From an uncultured Eubacteriales bacterium (GTDB taxonomy: Bacteria; Bacillota; Clostridia; Peptostreptococcales; Anaerovoracaceae), in NCBI GenBank assembly GCA_902775345.1, contig CACYLW010000006.1:39613-103612 (forward strand): 64,000 nucleotides of DNA, written 5' to 3'. The notes below the pieces were generated by a model that worked only from the letters and a program-made list of their open reading frames with translations, searched no databases and had not been told where the DNA came from. Of the stretch, positions 8,498-18,081 are shown one piece after another. A program made the translations under genes and the position numbers. Numbering within the stretch: position 1 is the first letter of the stretch; each line of letters opens with the position of its first letter.

Positions 8498-10873
8498 CTA
8501 TATATCCCTGGCCATCCTGTACACTTCGTATCCCTCAGTGCTGACCGTTTCTTCCACTATATTAAAGCCCTGCTCCTTCCAGAACTTCAGCGCCTCTTCA
8601 TTCTTCTTTATGCATGCGAGCGACAGATAGTCATATCCGGCCGACTTCATCGCGGCGCGAACATCGGCGAAAATGTTCGAGCCTACGCCCTGTCCCTGCA
8701 TGTCACCATCGACCATCAGCCATCCGATGAACGCGTCGTCGCTTTCAGGATATCCGGTTATCAGGTCCATGACCGCGACGAGGACATCATCTTCATTGTA
8801 GAACCCGACAAAGTGCTTGCAGTTGCGCGAAACTCCTTCCGGCACCTCGGAAATGATCTCCGTCAGGCTCTCGCGCGTTGGTATCCTTCCCAGATACCTG
8901 TAATACCTTCTGTTGGACTTGGCCAGCCTGTAAACCGGCGAGATATCCTCTTCTGTGATCTTGCTTACGCGGTACTGGGTCGACAGTGTCTGTATATCCA
9001 GACCGTCGCTTTCTCCCGCTTCTTCCGCGCTGACTCTTGCCGCCTCGCTGTCGATAGCCTGGCGGAACTGTGTCTCGTAGAGTTCCTTGTATGTGCCGCC
9101 GAGCCCGAGGAGCTCTTCGTGCGTGCCCTGCTCGGCGATCACGCCGTCCTTTACCACGAGTATCCTGTCTGCCTTGAGTATGGTCGACAGCCGGTGCGCG
9201 ATCACGATGCTCGTGCGGCCCACCATCATCTGCTCAAGCGCGTCCTGTATCGAATTCTCCGATATGGAGTCGAGCGCCGAGGTCGCCTCGTCGAGTATGA
9301 GGATCTTCGGATCCTTCAGTATGACTCTCGCGAGCGACAGTCTCTGCTTCTCGCCGCCCGACAGCTTCAGCCCGCGGTTTCCGACCTGTGTCTGATAGCC
9401 GTCCGGCTGGCTGCTTATGAACTCGTGTATGTTGGCGATGCGGCAGGCTTCTTCGATCTCCTCCATCGTGGCATCGCTCTTCGCGTACCTGAGGTTCTCG
9501 AGTATGTTGCCGTTGAAGAGATATGACTCCTGCGTCACCACACCGATCTGCTCTCTCAGATACGTGAGGTCGAAGTCACGCACGTCGACGCCGGCGATCT
9601 TCACGGAACCTCCGCACACGTCGTAAAGCCTCGGTATGAGGTTCACCACTGTCGACTTGCCCGAGCCCGAAGGTCCCACTATGGCGTACATGCTGCCGCC
9701 CGGCACCTCGAAGTTCACGTCCGTAAGGATCGGGTTCTCAGGGTTGTAGCTGAATGCGACGTGATCGTACGTGATCGGCTTGTTGTCGACGTCCGGCCTT
9801 TTGCCGTTCTCAGGCGAAACGATCGTATTCTCTCTGTCGAAATAGTCGAATATGCGCGTGAACAGCGCCAGCGACCTGGTGAAATCGACCGAAATGTTCA
9901 TCAGCTGCTCGATCGGTCTGTAGAGCCGGTTTATAAGAGCGACCGTAGCGGTGATGACGCCGACCGTCAGTGTCGTGTCTATCTGCCTGATTATGAAATA
10001 GCCGCCCGCGAAATAGATGAGCAGCGGGCCCAGCTGGGTGAACATCCCCATGACCACGCGGAAAAGCTGGCCCGACCTCTGCTCCTTCAGGTTGAGATCG
10101 GTGACTTCCTTGTTGACCTTTACAAAGTCGTCGTATTCCTTCTGCTCGCGCGTGAAGATCTTTACGAGCATCGAGCCGCTGACCGACAGCGTCTCGTCGA
10201 TCTTCTGGTTGAGCTCATCGCTCTTCGCCTGGCTCTGCGTAAGGTATTTCCACCTGGTGCGTCCTGCTGTCCTCGTCGGAAGTACGAGCAGCGGAATGAC
10301 TGCTATGCCAACAAGCGCGAGCGGTGCGCTCATGCTGAAGAGCGCAACGAGCGTCGTAATGACGGTCGCCACATTGCTGACGATATTCGAAAGCGTGCCG
10401 CTGATGACTGAGCTGACTCCGCTGATATCCGTATTCATCCTGGTGATGATGTCGCCCTGCTTTTCAGTCGTGAAGAACGAGTGCGGCATGTACTGCAGAT
10501 GCTTGTACATCTGATTCCGCATGTCGAAGATGATGCGCTGCGAGATCCACGCATTGATGTAGTTCTCGAGCACGCCCACGAGCTGGCTCACTGTCAGCGC
10601 CGCAAACGCCATAAGCAGAAGCTGTATGAGCAGTTCCATGTTCCTGCCTACAAGCGCCTCGTCGACGATTCGCCCTGTTATGATCGACGGAAAGAGTCCG
10701 ACGGTCGCCGAAAGCAATATCGCGATGAAAACGAAAATGAACTGCAGCCAGTACGGTTTCAGATAACTCATGATCCTGGCCAGCAGCGCCTTTGTCACCT
10801 TCGGCATATTCTGTTTTTCTTCCTCAGTAAGGAAGTGCATCGGACCCATCCGGCCCGGTCCCGGTCCCGCCAT
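8498..10873 (-). CDS. ABC exporter (fused TMD-NBD, MsbA-like) with a C-terminal GNAT acetyltransferase domain
   Basis: Six-helix TMD, Walker A GPSGSGKST, signature LSGGEKQR and Walker B ILILDEATSALD. About 170 extra C-terminal aa follow, carrying MVDGDMQGQGVGSNIF...ALKFWKEQGF (GNAT). The start codon is uncertain (several in-frame Met). Confidence 0.9.
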   Translation of the reverse strand: MAGPGPGRMGPMHFLTEEEKQNMPKVTKALLARIMSYLKPYWLQFIFVFIAILLSATVGLFPSIITGRIVDEALVGRNMELLIQLLLMAFAALTVSQLVGVLENYINAWISQRIIFDMRNQMYKHLQYMPHSFFTTEKQGDIITRMNTDISGVSSVISGTLSNIVSNVATVITTLVALFSMSAPLALVGIAVIPLLVLPTRTAGRTRWKYLTQSQAKSDELNQKIDETLSVSGSMLVKIFTREQKEYDDFVKVNKEVTDLNLKEQRSGQLFRVVMGMFTQLGPLLIYFAGGYFIIRQIDTTLTVGVITATVALINRLYRPIEQLMNISVDFTRSLALFTRIFDYFDRENTIVSPENGKRPDVDNKPITYDHVAFSYNPENPILTDVNFEVPGGSMYAIVGPSGSGKSTVVNLIPRLYDVCGGSVKIAGVDVRDFDLTYLREQIGVVTQESYLFNGNILENLRYAKSDATMEEIEEACRIANIHEFISSQPDGYQTQVGNRGLKLSGGEKQRLSLARVILKDPKILILDEATSALDSISENSIQDALEQMMVGRTSIVIAHRLSTILKADRILVVKDGVIAEQGTHEELLGLGGTYKELYETQFRQAIDSEAARVSAEEAGESDGLDIQTLSTQYRVSKITEEDISPVYRLAKSNRRYYRYLGRIPTRESLTEIISEVPEGVSRNCKHFVGFYNEDDVLVAVMDLITGYPESDDAFIGWLMVDGDMQGQGVGSNIFADVRAAMKSAGYDYLSLACIKKNEEALKFWKEQGFNIVEETVSTEGYEVYRMARDI

Positions 10874-10904
10874 TATTTCACCCTTTTATTCTCAGATCCC
10901 GCGC

Positions 10905-10983
10905 ATGTCACGCAATCCGCGCGCCTCTCTCATATCCAGCGTCTCAAATGTACAGCGAATGTCCCACAACCCGCGCGCCTCTC
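10905..10983. repeat. Two 25-bp direct repeats in the ABC-exporter upstream region
   Basis: ATGTCACGCAATCCGCGCGCCTCTC (10905-10929) versus ATGTCCCACAACCCGCGCGCCTCTC (10959-10983). Confidence 0.7.
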
Positions 10984-11084
10984 GTTTTCAGTAATTGTAT
11001 CATTTTAGGTGCCTACAATAAATGAGACTTTTCGCTTCAACGCGCAGGAAATCCCGACAAATGTCGGCGGTGCGCAACCCTTTT

Positions 11085-11465
11085 GTTAGTCCTTTATATG
11101 CCGAAAACGTCCTATAGGCACCAACTTTTTTACCCCTTCAGGTCCCAAATCGAGGTTTAAAGACCAACTGCCCTGTATGTCATCCATCTTCAGCAAGCCC
11201 TTTTTTATAAGCATTCACAAGTACCTGTTTTTATTCACGTCAAATCTCGCCTGTACCGCTTTGCCGCCCCCCGCATCAGCAGATTTGTTGCCCGGACGGC
11301 CTTCCAATCATCATTTTGTGCCTCCTGGTGACGAGTACGGCACCACCTGACAACGAGTCCGGGTGGATCATCTTTGTTACAGTTAGTCCTTAAACCCGGA
11401 AAATCGTTAGTTTAGGACCAAATTATTAGTCCTTTTTCAGCAAAATCAAAATAAAAGGACCAACA
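11085..11465. repeat. Three copies of a ~40-bp unit TTAGTCCTTW-N20-AGGMCCAAM (internal inverted repeat)
   Basis: Units lie at 11085-11126, 11382-11421 and 11426-11465. An extra half-site AAGACCAAC lies at about 11158. All are in a gene-free gap. Confidence 0.55.
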
Positions 11466-11520
11466 TCAACATATGTATTTTTATTAGTCGCCATTCATAA
11501 TGGGCTTTCCGGGAATTTGC

Positions 11521-11640
11521 GGGGTTTACGAAGAAGCTTTTCGAGGTTTGGCGCAGAAGCTTTGAGATGTTTGGCGCAGGTGCTTTGCGGGGTTTGGCGC
11601 AGGTGCTTTGCGGGGTTTGGCGCAGATGCTTTGAGAGGTC
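11521..11640. repeat. Tandem 23-bp repeat, 4 good copies plus 1 degenerate
   Basis: GTTTGGCGCAG starts at 11546, 11569, 11592 and 11615 (period 23). A degenerate copy lies at about 11524. There are no spacers. Confidence 0.85.
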
Positions 11641-11706
11641 GGGTGGTCGGGTGCCAGAGATTTGCAGGAAGGTGTGGAAGAACAGAAGGTTTTGCCGGAT
11701 CCAACG

Positions 11707-11746
11707 AAAAAGCCGGAGGTCTGATTCAATTCGAATGCCTCCGGCT
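11707..11746 (-). terminator. Rho-independent terminator downstream of the metallophosphoesterase gene
   Basis: Stem AGCCGGAGG / CCTCCGGCT, followed on the minus strand by TTTTT. Confidence 0.6.
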
Positions 11747-11814
11747 GAAAGTCTTCTTATTAATATATCTGCATTTTTTATATTTGCGTTTCTTTATATT
11801 TGCACTTCGTCTTT

Positions 11815-13179
11815 CTATGGCATCAGGACGCCTTCAGGCTTGCTTTCTTTGTAAAGCAGATGATCCGTGTAAACATCCACGAACTCGTCTGCCGGCACGC
11901 CGTAGTCCTTATACGCGTTCTTGTACTCTGTCTTACGCTTTCCGTCAGCTCCGATCGTTATGATCGTCGCGCCTCTCTGCGCGCCTGAATAATTGATATC
12001 CTTGTACGCGAGGTTATCGACAGAGTATCCGTAGCACAGGTCTACACCTTTGTAATTGACGGCTGCGTTGTTGACGTGGTCGTGTCCGCAGTAGCATGCC
12101 TCCAGCACGTTCATGCCGTCAGGTCCCAGCGTCTCGAAGAACTTGTCGATGTCCGCGAGAGGACCTTCCTTCGTGATGCCGCCGTGCCAGATGCGGCTGT
12201 GCGTGGTTTCATCTACCAGCTCGTCCCAGACACCGGAGATGTACTTGGTGTCCTTGGTGTCTTTCCAGCCGTTATTCTCGAGGTCCTCATACGCGATCCT
12301 GAACTCGCTCGTCGGGATGTGGAAGAACGCCACCGTCTCCGGGCTTCCGAGCTTCTTCAGGGATTCCGCCGCCCAGTCGACCGTGCCGTCCCTTATGATG
12401 TCATAATTCCAGTCGAGCACCGCCTGTATGCTGTTGTCCACATACGCGTTACTGTCGACAAGCAGGATCGCCTTGGTCAGCTCGCCCTTCGTGTTCTTCA
12501 CCTGGATGATCTGGTTCGTGACAGACGGAAGCTCGCCGCCGTCGGTGTAGTTCTGGTCGAAAATGCAGTACTCGAATTTGTCATTCATGTAGAGCTCGCC
12601 CAGTTTCTGCCTGCCGGTATAATCGAACACCTCGGTGTCGTGGTTTCCGAAAACAGTGGTGAAATATACGCCCTCGTGGTTGAAGATGCTTATGACATCG
12701 CGCGCCGCCATGTAGTTGTTGAGCGTGCCGCCTCCGTTGTAGACAGGTCCCGGCACGGCGAAAGTGTTGTCGCCGTCGAGGATCACGAGGTCAGGCTTCT
12801 CCTTCTGCAGCATGGTGATCACTTCGTATACCGTCTTGCGGTCCTTCTCACGGCTCCAGAATCCTCCGCCCAGGTGAATGTCGGTGAGCATCATGATCTT
12901 CAGGTCTCTGTCCGTGGTGAACGTATAGTAGCCCGTCTCAGGATCGATCTCAGGCACCACCCTGTCCACGCCGGTGTAATCGACGGAATCGAAGCCGCTG
13001 ATATAGTGCCTCAGGTGGAGCGACACGCCGTAATTGACAGCCATCGCCGAGATGGCGAGCACCGCCGCGATGATCACGATCCACACAGGGATCTTCCACC
13101 AGAGACCGCGTCTTTTCTTCTTTTTTGTTTCAGGGGCCATGTGTTTTTCGGCTCTCTTTTCTCTGCTCATCTCTCTCAC
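11815..13179 (-). CDS. Membrane-anchored metallophosphoesterase (calcineurin-like)
   Basis: N-terminal TM helix, then MLTDIHLGG, VILDGDN, FGNHDTE and GHDHVNN metal-ligand motifs. Confidence 0.85.
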   Translation of the reverse strand: MREMSREKRAEKHMAPETKKKKRRGLWWKIPVWIVIIAAVLAISAMAVNYGVSLHLRHYISGFDSVDYTGVDRVVPEIDPETGYYTFTTDRDLKIMMLTDIHLGGGFWSREKDRKTVYEVITMLQKEKPDLVILDGDNTFAVPGPVYNGGGTLNNYMAARDVISIFNHEGVYFTTVFGNHDTEVFDYTGRQKLGELYMNDKFEYCIFDQNYTDGGELPSVTNQIIQVKNTKGELTKAILLVDSNAYVDNSIQAVLDWNYDIIRDGTVDWAAESLKKLGSPETVAFFHIPTSEFRIAYEDLENNGWKDTKDTKYISGVWDELVDETTHSRIWHGGITKEGPLADIDKFFETLGPDGMNVLEACYCGHDHVNNAAVNYKGVDLCYGYSVDNLAYKDINYSGAQRGATIITIGADGKRKTEYKNAYKDYGVPADEFVDVYTDHLLYKESKPEGVLMP

Positions 13180-13240
13180 CTTTCACAAAAGCCAAGTTGT
13201 CCCAAAATATATCGTTCCCGCAAATACCCTTTAGCGATCT

Positions 13241-14098
13241 TTAAAGTTCTACCGGCACAGGTTTGCTGATAGGCTCGTTCATCACCTCAGGATGCTCAAG
13301 CATGTACTTGGCGATGCGGAGCGATTTCGCGTAATAGAATCCGTCCGCAAGTCTCTCGTCGATGGTGAACGTGCAGTTGATAACATCTCTCGGCTGCCAT
13401 GTGCCGTCTTCCATGAGCTTCTGCTCCTTGTGGAGAACGCCGATCGTGATCATCACCGAGCATGTGCCGTAGTTGCTCAGGTGGTGATAGCACGAATCCG
13501 ACCTGATCGATCCGAGATTCGACAGAAGCACGGACGAATAGTTCGGATCGCCTGCAGTGAGCGCCTTAGGCATGATGCCGTGGTATTCAAGCACTCTGAG
13601 TGAGCCGAAAAATGCCTCAAGGAAAGGTCTCGGAAGGCTTCCGAAGAAGTTCATGAGCTTGTCAAGGTCGTTGGACTTTTCCTTGCGGACCTTGGTGACG
13701 TCGCCGATGATGAGCTTCGAGATGGAGTCGAAATTCATGTCAGGGTCGACCTTGAGGAACATCAGGGTCTCATCGGCCTCATCCTCGAACTTCTGCTTGA
13801 CGACGAAAGACAGTGTGATGTCGGGTCTCTCGTAGTAAGTCCTGCCCGAGATGAAGTAGTTCAGCTTAGGCCTGTGGTAGACTGTTCTCGCGACCGCAGT
13901 GCAGATCGCGTGGAAGATCTTGAGGTTGGTGCCTTCCTTTTCGTTGCGCTCAGCCATGTATTTCACGAGATCCGTGACATCGAACTGCTCGGTCATGGAT
14001 ACCTCGGCTTCAGTTCTTTTCGGCATGATGTACGGCAGTATGTTGTGGTATCCGTCCGGCCATCTGACTCTCTTTCCGTCTCTTCTCTTATTTCTCAT
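13241..14098 (-). CDS. 2-oxoacid dehydrogenase acyltransferase catalytic-domain (CAT-fold) family protein
   Basis: MRNKRRDGKRVRW...ILPYIMPKRTEAEV and a DERLADG motif in place of DHRxxDG. I chose ATG 14098 (RBS AGGAAAGGAAA) because the longer track ORF would overlap the upstream gene. Confidence 0.75.
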   Translation of the reverse strand: MRNKRRDGKRVRWPDGYHNILPYIMPKRTEAEVSMTEQFDVTDLVKYMAERNEKEGTNLKIFHAICTAVARTVYHRPKLNYFISGRTYYERPDITLSFVVKQKFEDEADETLMFLKVDPDMNFDSISKLIIGDVTKVRKEKSNDLDKLMNFFGSLPRPFLEAFFGSLRVLEYHGIMPKALTAGDPNYSSVLLSNLGSIRSDSCYHHLSNYGTCSVMITIGVLHKEQKLMEDGTWQPRDVINCTFTIDERLADGFYYAKSLRIAKYMLEHPEVMNEPISKPVPVEL

Positions 14099-14202
14099 AT
14101 CGTTTCCTTTCCTGTTTTTCTCCTTATATCCTCGTACTATCTCAGTCCGTTTATCTCTTTTCGCATATTTCAGTCCGGCCTGCAGCCGGCGCATTATTGC
14201 CG

Positions 14203-14973
14203 TTATTTGAGTTCGAGCTGCTTCAGCTTTTTCTCGCTGTATTCCTCTATCTGCTTCCAGAGCGTACGCAGCTGCCTTTTGTGCGCGCACAGCTTCTCAG
14301 TGCAGTTGCTGCACTTCAGGTACGCGTTGGTGTGTTCGGAGAATCTCTCCGGGTGCCTGTAGAACGTGATCTCCCATCTTATGAGCAGGGCAACCGAAAG
14401 CACCAGGAGGCTCCATGTGTATGTCTTCTCAACGAAGAACAGCGGCGTGAACATCATCGCGAAGTCCCAGTTGTAGATGCGGCACGCGCTGCAGCACTTG
14501 TTCTTGAGGAACCACGACTGGAACGGACAGAAGAACATGATGCATATCATGTCGCACACCGAATACGCTCCGCAGAGCAGTATCATGATCCCGTCGTCGA
14601 TTATGCCCATCATGTGCAGCGCACCGAATATGCCGTTGAACACGATCCATATGAGCGCCACCAGCATCGTGGCATTGTTGTCATGCACTATAACATCCGT
14701 CTCTCCGGTCTTGATGTAGTTGCGCGCGAACTGCTTCTGACAGCCCGGACTTTCTATCTTAGCCGGGAAGAAGCGGAATACCATTTCTATGAAATAGACC
14801 ACCCACACAAATATGATTATCCCCGGCATCTTCTCAAGACCGATGATGAACGGCTGATGGTAAATGAATCTGTATCTGATGTACGAGTATACCAGAAGCA
14901 GAAACAGGATCGATCTGTATACCAGCCGGGTGTAGTGCCATACACCCACGGGTGTCAGTTTACTCTTTTTCAT
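14203..14973 (-). CDS. Multi-pass membrane protein with Cys-rich motifs, function unknown
   Basis: Hydrophobic 256-aa ORF carrying KNKCCSACRIYNWDF and YLKCSNCTEKLCAH. It is co-directional with its neighbours. Confidence 0.7.
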   Translation of the reverse strand: MKKSKLTPVGVWHYTRLVYRSILFLLLVYSYIRYRFIYHQPFIIGLEKMPGIIIFVWVVYFIEMVFRFFPAKIESPGCQKQFARNYIKTGETDVIVHDNNATMLVALIWIVFNGIFGALHMMGIIDDGIMILLCGAYSVCDMICIMFFCPFQSWFLKNKCCSACRIYNWDFAMMFTPLFFVEKTYTWSLLVLSVALLIRWEITFYRHPERFSEHTNAYLKCSNCTEKLCAHKRQLRTLWKQIEEYSEKKLKQLELK

Positions 14974-15082
14974 CCTTTATTACCCCATCCCACTTAACTA
15001 TTGTTGTTACTGCGTATAGCCGCAGTATTTCCGCTGCGCTTTTCCCCTGCGCATCACCGCAGTGCAGCATCATAGCGGAAGG

Positions 15083-15244
15083 TCACTCCACCTTTGTCTT
15101 GTACTCTTCAAGTTTCTTCTCGCCCGTGATGACCGCGCCGATCATGAGCGCCCAGGCTGCAACACCTGCGGCCGCGCCTATGCCCTGCGCCACTTTGCGG
15201 CGTCTGTTCCTCTTCATGATCTTCTTCATTTTCCTTTCAGTCAT
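15083..15244 (-). CDS. Possible 53-aa small membrane protein
   Basis: Below the track's size cutoff. ATG lies 1 nt after the GDPD stop. Sequence MTERKMKKIMKRNRRRKVAQGIGAAAGVAAWALMIGAVITGEKKLEEYKTKVE is a basic N-terminus followed by one TM helix. Confidence 0.4.
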   Translation of the reverse strand: MTERKMKKIMKRNRRRKVAQGIGAAAGVAAWALMIGAVITGEKKLEEYKTKVE

Positions 15245-15245
15245 G

Positions 15246-16043
15246 TCAGTCCTCCTTGCCTTCTTCGTGAAGGATCTTCATCAGCTCCCCGGGAGCTATC
15301 TTTTCGAATACCGGTATGCCGCCGGCCTTCAGTATCGTTCTGAGATCGTCAGCTTTGCGTATGGTCCAGGACACCTCCCGGAACCCCTTCTTATCGACCA
15401 TCGATCTCAGCGCATGGTTCCTTCTGTCAGCGTATTTGTATGCTATGAAATCCGGCTTTGCGAGCCAGTTGAGCATCAGGTTCGTCAGCATCACCACCTG
15501 GTAATACGGGAGCCCCTGTCTGCTCCTGAAAAAATTCTGCGCGAGCTGACCTCTTGTAATGTGCGGCCTCAGCTTCCGGTAAGCCATGAGAGCGCGCGGG
15601 TCGAAGCTCTCTATTACATATTCGCCCGTGTAGCGGTCGAGCCTTTCGGCAACCGCCTTTGCGAGCGCCCTGTGATTGCCCTTCACGCACTTGAGCTCTA
15701 TGAGCAGCGGCAGGCCCGTATCCTCGTAAAGGTCGAGGACCTCATCAAACAGCGGGATCTTCTCGTCCGTGCCCTCGAGCCTCAGCGCCCTGAGCTCGCC
15801 GATGCTGTACGACTCGATGCTGCCCTCTACTCCGGTCTCGCGCCTGAGATCGTCATCGTGGAACACTACGAGTGACCCGTCGGCGATCATGTGTACATCG
15901 AATTCCGATGGAAGCCCGTGCTCAACAGCGCGCCTGAAAGCCGCCATCGAGTTCTCCGGGATATGCGGTTTATCGTGATAGCCCCTGTGCGCATAGTACG
16001 GGGCCAGTTTGTAAGGTCTTTTCTTTCTTCTCTTTATGATCAT
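15246..16043 (-). CDS. Glycerophosphodiester phosphodiesterase family protein
   Basis: YAHRGYH...PENSMAAFRRAVEHG...EFDVHMIADGSLVVFHDDDL (GDPD catalytic motifs). Confidence 0.9.
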   Translation of the reverse strand: MIIKRRKKRPYKLAPYYAHRGYHDKPHIPENSMAAFRRAVEHGLPSEFDVHMIADGSLVVFHDDDLRRETGVEGSIESYSIGELRALRLEGTDEKIPLFDEVLDLYEDTGLPLLIELKCVKGNHRALAKAVAERLDRYTGEYVIESFDPRALMAYRKLRPHITRGQLAQNFFRSRQGLPYYQVVMLTNLMLNWLAKPDFIAYKYADRRNHALRSMVDKKGFREVSWTIRKADDLRTILKAGGIPVFEKIAPGELMKILHEEGKED

Positions 16044-16081
16044 TGCTTCATTGCAGCCGCCGGACCTCCCGGCATGCCGCC

Positions 16082-17416
16082 TTACTCTTCCATGTTTTCG
16101 AACGCTTCGAGTCCCTTCTTTGCCTCAGGAGCCGCGTCGCCGTGCTTCACCTGTGTCATCGTGATGAAGCTGAAGACCACGAAGAGTGCGGCGTACGGGA
16201 ACAGCACCTTGTAGCTGACGGTCCTCATCAGGAAGCCCGCGAGTATAGGCGTGACCACCTGCGCCGCCATGGACGCGGTGTAATAGTATCCGGTGAATTT
16301 ACCGATATCGGAACCCCTGCACATCTCGACAACCATCGGCAGCGAGTTGACATTGATGGCCGCCCAGGCGAATCCAACCAGCGCGAACACGATGAACATG
16401 ATGACATTGATGCTGCTGAACGCTGTCGTCAGGAAGTATCCCGCGAGGAAGCACGAAGCCAGCAGAACGACGCCGATCATGATGGTGCGCTTGCGCCCGA
16501 TCTTATGCGCCAGACTTCCGATAGGTATATATGAAATGATGGCTCCGCCCGTCGCAATGAGAAGGCAGGTGGACGCTCCGCCGAGTCCCTGTCCCATGAC
16601 CTTGTCGACATAAGTGGTGAACCATGTGGTGATCCCGTTGTATCCGATGAACCACAGCGCGATCGACGCCAGCAGGAATCCGAGGCTCCTCCTGACGTTC
16701 GCCGGGAGCACCTCGTTGCCGCTTCCGTCGTCTTCAGCGAGATTCCACTCAGGATGCTGTGCCTCGAGAGCCCTGTTCTCTTCTGCCAGCTTCGGCTCAT
16801 TGATGGTGAGCTTCAGCAGTATTATCGAGGCGGCCATGATGAGCGCGACAACGATGAAGAGTGGCTGGTAATTGACGTGTTCGAGGCCGAGGACCTTCGA
16901 ATTCGGGTACATCACCGCGGCGATCGCCAGATATATGATGCCGCCGACTGCTCCCATCAGATTGATGATGGCATTCGCGCGCGAGCGGAGCGGCTTAGGC
17001 GTTACATCCGGCATCAGCGCGACCGCAGGCGACCTGTATACTCCCATCGAGATGAGCAGCAACCCGAGCACGATAACGAACGCGATCATCTTGCCGGCGC
17101 TCGCGGCCGCGTAGTACGAATTGTCGAGCAACGGCAGTATGTTGAGCAGTATGACTGCCGCGAGCGTACCTCCGATTATGTACGGGGTCCGCTTGCCATG
17201 CTTCGTGTTCGTCCTGTCCGAAAGCGTCCCGAAGAACGGGAGCAGGAACAGCGCCAGCACATTATCGGCCGCCATGATGGCGCCCGAAAACGTCTCATTC
17301 AGATGAAAGGTCTTGGTGAGTATCAGCGGGATCACGTTGTCGTACATCTGCCAGAACGCGCAGATCGACAGAAACGCGAGACCCACCAGCACCGTGCGCT
17401 TGTTGTTGAGTTTCAT
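16082..17416 (-). CDS. MFS transporter (GPH/SLC45-like)
   Basis: 12-TM profile with GTLSDRTNTKHGKRTPYIIGG, a loop 2-3 motif. Confidence 0.9.
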   Translation of the reverse strand: MKLNNKRTVLVGLAFLSICAFWQMYDNVIPLILTKTFHLNETFSGAIMAADNVLALFLLPFFGTLSDRTNTKHGKRTPYIIGGTLAAVILLNILPLLDNSYYAAASAGKMIAFVIVLGLLLISMGVYRSPAVALMPDVTPKPLRSRANAIINLMGAVGGIIYLAIAAVMYPNSKVLGLEHVNYQPLFIVVALIMAASIILLKLTINEPKLAEENRALEAQHPEWNLAEDDGSGNEVLPANVRRSLGFLLASIALWFIGYNGITTWFTTYVDKVMGQGLGGASTCLLIATGGAIISYIPIGSLAHKIGRKRTIMIGVVLLASCFLAGYFLTTAFSSINVIMFIVFALVGFAWAAINVNSLPMVVEMCRGSDIGKFTGYYYTASMAAQVVTPILAGFLMRTVSYKVLFPYAALFVVFSFITMTQVKHGDAAPEAKKGLEAFENMEE

Positions 17417-17442
17417 AAAAAGCAGAGTCTCCTTTTCCGGCG

Positions 17443-18081
17443 CTAAATATATCCGAGCTCTTCAAGCACGCCCGGCAGCTCGCCGAAGCTGTTGATCTTC
17501 GCTATCGCGTCCTTGATCTCGCCGAATCCGTATCCCGCCCAGATGCACGGTATTCCTGCCTCATGAGACGCATCCGAATCCTTCTGGATGTCGCCTACAT
17601 AGATTCCTTTATCTAGAGCTACGCCGTTGCGCTCCATGACGAGCTTTATATTGTCAGCCTTGAGGAGCATTGTGCGTCCCCATTCTTCGTAGTCGACGAA
17701 GTATTTCCACATGTCCATGGAATCGAGGAAAGCCTTGATGTAGCCTTCCTGACAGTTGCTGACGACGGCCATCTGAACGCCCCTGTCTTTGAGCTGCTTC
17801 AGCGTCTCTTCGACGCCCTCGAAAAGATCAGCTCCTGTTTTGGTGATATATTCGTTTTCAAACACTTCGCAGCGACGCGCCAGACGATAGCGCTCTTCCT
17901 CAGGGAACTCTCCGAATATAATATCCGCGATCTCGTTCATTGTCTTTCCCTGAACCGGTTCGATATCCGCGCCTGTGAGCCAGCCCTTACGGCCAGTCTC
18001 CTTCTCTATAACAATATTCCATGATTCCGCTATGCGAACTGACGAGTTCCAGAGCGTTCCGTCCAAATCGAAAATGACCAT
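17443..18081 (-). CDS. HAD-superfamily hydrolase (phosphoglycolate phosphatase-like)
   Basis: MVIFDLDGTLWNS (DxDGT), VVSN and GDIQKDSDA motifs. Confidence 0.9.
   Translation of the reverse strand: MVIFDLDGTLWNSSVRIAESWNIVIEKETGRKGWLTGADIEPVQGKTMNEIADIIFGEFPEEERYRLARRCEVFENEYITKTGADLFEGVEETLKQLKDRGVQMAVVSNCQEGYIKAFLDSMDMWKYFVDYEEWGRTMLLKADNIKLVMERNGVALDKGIYVGDIQKDSDASHEAGIPCIWAGYGFGEIKDAIAKINSFGELPGVLEELGYI

Noticed and set aside
11521-11640. The 23-bp tandem repeat as a possible CRISPR array.
   Set aside because: The repeats are directly adjacent with no spacers, the unit is shorter than typical CRISPR repeats, and there are no cas genes in the window.
11495-11988. Track ORFs in the 11.5-12.0 kb region: 11495-11704, 11517-11963, 11526-11729, 11567-11854 and 11800-11988.
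   Set aside because: They read through the 23-bp tandem repeat in several frames and give repetitive peptides. They overlap each other and the terminator, and none has an RBS.
12076-13269. Long antisense ORFs in the G+C-rich half. Examples: 12076-13269 plus (397 aa), 21313-22941 plus (542 aa), 7247-8098 plus, 14197-14997 plus, 31290-32231 plus, 9761-10411 plus and 25284-26045 plus.
   Set aside because: Each lies fully opposite a gene with clear family motifs. Their translations are Arg/Ala/Pro/His-rich low-complexity sequence typical of shadow frames in G+C-rich coding DNA, and none has a convincing RBS.
13241-18081. The HAD / MFS / GDPD / small-ORF / Cys-rich membrane protein / CAT-fold acyltransferase run as a novel system.
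   Set aside because: It is co-directional and tightly spaced, but it is composed of common metabolic and transport families consistent with ordinary glycerophosphodiester uptake and lipid turnover. Apart from the unverified 53-aa ORF, nothing in the sequence is unusual.
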